Program-made: the position numbers and the translations under genes
Part shown: piece by piece, positions 37,185-42,910 of the stretch
How the letters are laid out: every line of letters begins with the position of its first letter
Numbering within the stretch: position 1 is the first letter of the stretch
NCBI GenBank assembly: GCA_000708835.1
Contig: DF237645.1
Location: 1 to 42,910 of the forward strand
From: Klebsormidium nitens
Taxonomy: Eukaryota > Plantae > Klebsormidiophyceae
DNA length: 42,910 nt
Reading direction: 5' to 3'
The notes under the pieces: model-generated
The model's database searches: none
What the model saw: the letters and a program-made list of their open reading frames with translations, nothing else
What the model was told of the DNA's origin: nothing

Positions 37185-37490
37185 AGCACGGATCCGTCAT
37201 GGGATACAAGCAATTTTATGCCTGCATTTTGCCTGCGGATCCCATGCATTCAAATTCAAATGCAAGCGCAAGAGAGATACGGTAGCGAAAGCGTTCGAGC
37301 ACAGCCTGGTGTCGGGGTACCTAGCCTTAGCGAAAATGCTATGCGCATAGGTATTCCGTTTTTCGGGTAAGAGGGCTGCTGCGAGAAAGTGTGGTCCGAG
37401 ACTGTCGTCATTTCTTCGGTTTATCTGGTGCTTCCGTCTATCAGGTGTTTTGGTGCGGCCTGGTGGGGCGCTGGTCTTCCTGTACAATTC

Positions 37491-40400
37491 ATGGGGTCCG
37501 TGCCGCTTCCGCCAGCGGAGGTCCGCGTCGATATCCGGGAGGACAATAATGGCGGTGCCATGCCTCCCCACGCAGGCCCCAGCGCACAAGAGAGGGGGGA
37601 GCGCGATGGTAATGCAGGGCTGGGGCAGCCGGCAGAGGATTGGGGTGCCGGCGGGGCCGCTGGATGTGGGCCAGCACGGACGGGGTCGGGGGTGGTGCTG
37701 GATGTGAACGATCTAAAGGCACGGGCGGAGACGGGGCAGCAGTCGCTGCCAGCAGCGGGGGGCGAGGCTAAGGTGGACAAGCGGGGTAGTCCTCCCCGAT
37801 TACGTACCCAAACCAGTATGCCCAAACCCCCGCGCCCCATCTTAAAGAGCCGAAATGAACCCGACTTTAGAAAGGTGTCCCTGGACTCGAGCGCCGCCCC
37901 TCCTACAAGGATCTGGCGTGCAGGCAGCCTGCCCAGCGTGGCCATTGAGATGTCGCTGCAGGATGCACAAGAAGAGGGCGCCCGGCGGGAGGCCATCCCT
38001 TCGATCAGCCGCCTCGTGCATGCCGCCAGCTGGGATGTCGGCACCCAGCTCCCGGCTACCAGCGACACCGCCCCATCCGCGGCAGCAGCAAAAGGCGTTA
38101 ACAGCACCCTGGAGGGGGCTGTGCCTGTGCTCCCTCTGGAGGACGAGAGCATGCGCTCCTCTCTGCTGGGCGGTGCCCCAGCGCCGGGCGGTCCCGGGGA
38201 GGCGCCACGGCGGTCGTTGACGCGGCAGGTCAGCTTCTCTCCTGCGGTGGGTGCGGGCAACCCCGACGCGGCTGCGCTGTGGACAACCATGCCGTCGCTG
38301 CGGCGCTCGCTGAGCCGCGCCCTGTCCTGGGGGCGCGACCGCATGAACAGCGGCTGGTCCTCCTACAGCAACGTCGAGTTCTGCAGGTGAGCGCAACCGC
38401 TGGCGCACCCTCTGCCTGCCCGCACCAGCCTGCCCCCACGACAGCGTGCAGCTGGGCCTGTAATTGTGGTCGCCGTTTCACAATGTGGGCTTCAGGCCCA
38501 ATGCCCGGTGCAGCCTGCTCGTGCGCCCGGCTGGTCATTGCTCGCTGGCCGCTGAGCGTTCCATTCGTTGTGTCACCTGTGCAGGATCTGTCACACTGTG
38601 GGGACTGAGGAGCCGGTGATCGACATCGGCTGTGACTGCCGTGACGGCCTCAACCTGGTGAGTCTCGTTTGAACAAACACCCAGCGCAGCAGCTGCGGAG
38701 CGACTTCTAAGCCGGGCATGCGGTGGCGTGCTTGTGGCCCCAATGCCTGACGCCTCTCTTTGGAGCAGTGCTCCTTTCTTGTACGAAAGCGGGCTTTGCA
38801 CAGAGCCTCCGCAGAGGGGATCCCCTGGCGCCTTCCCCGCATGCCACTGTCCCTGGCTGCCACCTCACACGGGGCAGTGCCCAGTCCGCAGGCTGCGTGG
38901 TGCTGACCACCCCTCTGCGGGCGAATGTGTGCAGGCGCACCAGACGTGCATCATGCAGTGGTTCACCAGCCGGGGCAGCAACGAGTGTGAGATCTGCAAG
39001 TCGGAGGCCAAGAACATCCCAGCGCCACCCCCAGTGAGGGCCCACCCTCACCACCACTTGCAATGGGCTAGCTTGTGTGCACTGTCCTTGCTCAACTGCA
39101 GAGAGCAATTTCAGGAGGCATGGTGTGTGCTATTAGTATTACTCCGGTGTTCAGATAATCTGACGGCATTCGTGCTTCCTGATGCTTGCAGCTCCCCCCT
39201 CGCCCGGTTCGGCCCCGCAGCGCTTCCGTGAGCGGCCCCCCACCCCCGACCACCAGAGCGGCCGTCGTTGTAAGTCTCACTGTCATGCCGCTATTCTGCG
39301 AGTCCACTTGGAGTCCATTCGGCGAGTGTGACCACTTCGCATCCCTTTGCCCGGGTGCTGGCTGGGGTGCCCCCACCTCTGGTTGACCCTGTCCTGCGTG
39401 GCGTGGTGGCCACGGGTGGGTCCTTGTTGTTGCCCCTCCTCGTTGCGCTCCAGCGCAGAGGAAGAGAATGAAGGAACATGTTTGTGGGATTTGAGAACGA
39501 GAGTTTATCGAGAATATGAGAATGAGAACTCGACGAGGGGAGCTCGTTATTGAGATTAAGGCAAATTATAGTGATCGGGTATGTGCACAAAAAGTTGCAG
39601 CAATTTTGTAAAGCACTGCTCTCTGACGGCCATTGTGCCCATTCAAACAGCGTGTGACAAGGTTGACCTTATTTCCACACCCTTGAGACCGTTGTATTGC
39701 TTGTGTTTATTATGTCAGTTTTCCTGCTCTGCGATTCTTGCATTGTGTACTCTTCCAGTGGCCAGGCCGTGCCTGCCCTTTCTTTCGCTCTGTGTGTCTG
39801 TCTTTGCTGGCTCCCTCGGGCTGTAGCGCGTGCCTCCTGCTGCTGGCTGCTGCCTGCTCGCGTGGTGGCTGCTGTGGGTGTGGGGGTGTGGTGGTTGCTG
39901 AAGCGTGGCTGTGTGGTGGGCGTTTGTCTGTAGGGCCGCTTGGGGCAGCTGCTCATGTGGATGGCCGTCGGCGCCATGCTGCTGGCCTCGCTGCTGGTCA
40001 TCGTAATCTCGGGGCGGCGCTCAAGGAACTAGCCGCTTTGTAGCGCAAGCGTCTAGGTCCAGGCTAGGGCTAGCGGGCAGGGCTTAGGCAGCCAGCAAAG
40101 CATGCTGGCGTGTCCACCCATGCTGGTATTTATGTTGTTAAAGTTGATGTGGGTTAGACAGCGCTCTAGATTCGGAAAGACCTTCGTATCTTTAAGGACG
40201 ACGGATTCGGGTATTATTGGATTAAGTGGATTTGTGGTGATTTATGCGTTGGACATTGGCTTTCGTGTCTGTGGCCTGCGCTGTCTGACGTTTTTCCCCC
40301 TGTTCCATCCATGATTTACTACTCTGCTGCCATCCGGAACCCGTGCTGTGCCCACTGCCTGCCGCGATAGGTGGAGCCCAGTCTCCCCCCTGCGCAAGTC

Positions 40401-40639
40401 CTGCCTGCCAGCTGGGGTCCACCCCTGCTTCTCTCGTTTGAAATGCCCGCCCCTCGTCTGGCTGCTCCTGCTGCCATTGGTGGGCCGTCCTCGCGTGCTC
40501 GTCCGCCCTATTCCGCCTGTCCCCCTGGCCCAGCCGCGCGTTCTTATGAGTGCAGATTGGCTGGCTGGTCATCCTGGGCGTGGCGGCGGCTGTCTTTGGA
40601 CCCCTCCTCGCCGCGCTCGTCCTCGCTCTGTCGCCCTGA
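37491..40639 (+). CDS. RING-CH (RINGv, MARCH-like) E3 ubiquitin ligase with C-terminal transmembrane segments
   Basis: Exons 37491-38386, 38585-38657 and 38935-39033 give FCRICHTVGTEEPVIDIGCDCRDGLNLAHQTCIMQWFTSRGSNECEICK (C4HC3 with the conserved W). Downstream hydrophobic exons: GRLGQLLMWMAVGAMLLASLLVI (~39931-40000) and IGWLVILGVAAAVFGPLLAALVLALSP* (40556-40639). The 3' exon structure is less certain. Confidence 0.85.
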
Positions 40640-42910
40640 CGCGCTGCCCCTCGCGGCCCGGCCGGCTCAACTACGGTTAATGGAAATGTGTCGGCTGGGC
40701 TGCCAACCAGCCGGTGAGGCGCCCCAATCCAGGCCGGATATGAAACAAGTATCATTGCAGCCGTCTTTCCAGCTTCGAACATAGTGACGCATATAAGAAA
40801 GTGAACAGCCTTATGTGGCTTCTGCCCCTGACCATTTGCCAGCAGCTTCTGGGGCCTGTGACCCCTGCTCTTCGTAAAGTCTCATATGGATATTGAATTG
40901 TCTTCAGGTCCAACAGCGGCATGCTTTCACTGGAAAGAGTTCAGGAGCACGCGGTGCTATTTGGCGTGGTAGCGATGGTAGTTCCGCATGGATTGGTGGA
41001 AAGAGCTACTTGAAAGGTAGTAAGGTAAAATCACGTCAAAATAGATGATCGAAATCGCTTGAAGTCGAATCTGTTTGCTTGCGAATTTGTCAGTCGCCCA
41101 GATTGTCGCAATCAATGTGCACACTTCACGACTCGTTTTCAGAAGAAGCTAAGAGTCTGAACTGAAGAGATCCGAGTTGCACGGGTCTTGTCAAGGTTGT
41201 ATGCAATATGGTTTGATGAAATATGGTTTGTTCTTTTAGTTGCTCTTGATCGTCGTGGCATATGCAGTAAGTTCTGCCTGTTGGAACCAGTTGATCGAGG
41301 AAAAATCTGGTGTATTGTCATCACGACAGCGAGGACAAGAGCAAGAGCGAGAAACTGCCCGTAAATAGCCTTGAATCCACGGAGTGCGCTAGTGTTCTAG
41401 GGCATGGCCGATGATCGTGCATCATCATGGCATGGCATGTCAAAATTAATACCGCATTGCAAGTGCTCCGTATCACGCGGAAAATCATGTTCTTGCCACT
41501 AGAGGGCGATATGGTCAGGATTGGGCTGGAAGAATTGAGACAAGGAAACACCGGCCACCATGCATATGAGTACAATAAGACCGCCCACCGAATGCATCAC
41601 ATTATGTGCCAAGACCCAGGGAAGGCATTGGATCAGTGCTAGGGATACTTAGCTGCCCTAGCTACCGGGCACGGCAGGCCGGCCCGCCCGTGCCAAGAAA
41701 GAAATTAAGCCAACTTTGCAACGCTCAATAAAGGAAATCAAGGGGAACTATTGTAGCCAGCTAGGTACCCAACTTCAACTCAAATTTGCGTATGGTAGGG
41801 CCGGCTTCAGAGCGGATACTCGTGCAACCTTATAGCGGGTTTTTACGTGACTCCGCTTTTCTAGGTACAAACCTTCAGAGTACGTCAACTTATGTAGCTA
41901 TAGCATATGTATAGCTATAGCATATGATACTTCCCAATTGTACACATTGCTTGCAAACTTAGACGTACACGAGAACTGCAGATCGTGTTGCATGAAACAA
42001 TGGCCGAGTCCCTGCATCGTGCTGATTGGATGCATCATTGAGCTTCAATTTTATGCATGCATCAGTGGGCCATGCACCGTGGCACGGTACGTTGAATTAG
42101 TGCCTAGCTTAAGCATGCAGTACTTTGTACAGTGGTACTTGCATGAAGCCTTGTAGGAGGCCGGATACTTAATTCAGACTACCGTAATTAATGTACGTAC
42201 GTAGGGCCGGCTCAGTAAATGTGCGCGCGCGGACATGATGAGTCGGGCGCATGTTGCTTGCGCAAGAGCTTGATCGAACTTACAATGATGCATGTTACAA
42301 TGGCATATGATCCGACATGGAATGTGATACGTCAATACATATCGGAATGGATTTACCCATGTACGTATACGTATAACGTGTGTATAACAAGTAGTGCATG
42401 ATGAGCTAGCTTATGAGGTATAAGCAACTGGGCCCGGCCTCAAGCTGTACCGTCAGAGTCAATCATTGAATTTATTAATCTCATTTTTTAAGCGATTTTG
42501 AATTCAATGATTCTAATCGATCTTCAATTTCAGATATTGGCTCAATGTTAATATACAAACCCATGCTGTAACAGAACGGTAACCCACTGGGCTACGGCGG
42601 CAAAAACGCGCGCAACGATCATTCGGATACTTATTCTGCTGCCAAATTACTGTTTAACTAGTAATTCCGCATATTGAGAGTTTGCGATGTGACTAGGCCA
42701 GACTCAGCCAAGTAGCCTAGGCTAGTACCATCACACGCGCGCGGGGCGGCATGCATGCGTCTGCATCTCCATTGATTCGGCGGTACGTCCGATTTATCAA
42801 CACGCACGCGGCATTTTAATTCAAGGGCTATTTTATCGTGAAGCCTGAATGTTTCACGTGCAATTTACTAACAAGTTTTATTTTCATGTTCCGGCATGAT
42901 CAATTGATTG

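Noticed and set aside
41427-41642. Short ORF MAWHVKINTALQ...
   Set aside because: 71 aa, no recognisable motif and no convincing splice context.
1-42910. CRISPR arrays, rRNA, tRNA, U12-type introns, TET/JBP gene
   Set aside because: None seen. The donors inspected are U2-type GT, and no HxD...H 2OG-Fe(II) dioxygenase ORF was recognised in the transposon.

Overview
Eukaryotic nuclear DNA: intron-rich, GC-rich exons, GT-AG introns, one 170-N assembly gap. Gene content and a plant-type telo-box suggest a green alga or early streptophyte (Klebsormidium-like; inference only). From left to right: (1) a probable ~9 kb DNA transposon running off the window start, with a minus-strand Plavaka-family transposase, a divergent multi-exon orphan gene and a repeat-rich right end terminating in G9; (2) a 15-exon canonical dipeptidyl peptidase III (HELLGH/EECRAE); (3) a 6-exon secreted beta-propeller protein of bacterial type with 17 N-glycosylation sequons; (4) a decayed fold-back; (5) an orphan minus-strand gene divergent from RPS29; (6) RPS29; (7) a PIF/Harbinger-like TIR element with TAA target-site duplications spanning the gap; (8) an organellar bacterial-type topoisomerase IA with an unusual AT-hook-bearing C-terminal tail; (9) a 533-bp TIR element with internal 49-bp repeats in the divergent promoter; (10) a RING-CH (RINGv/MARCH-like) membrane E3 ligase. 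Gene models were spliced by eye. Family assignments come from motif recognition, not database searches.
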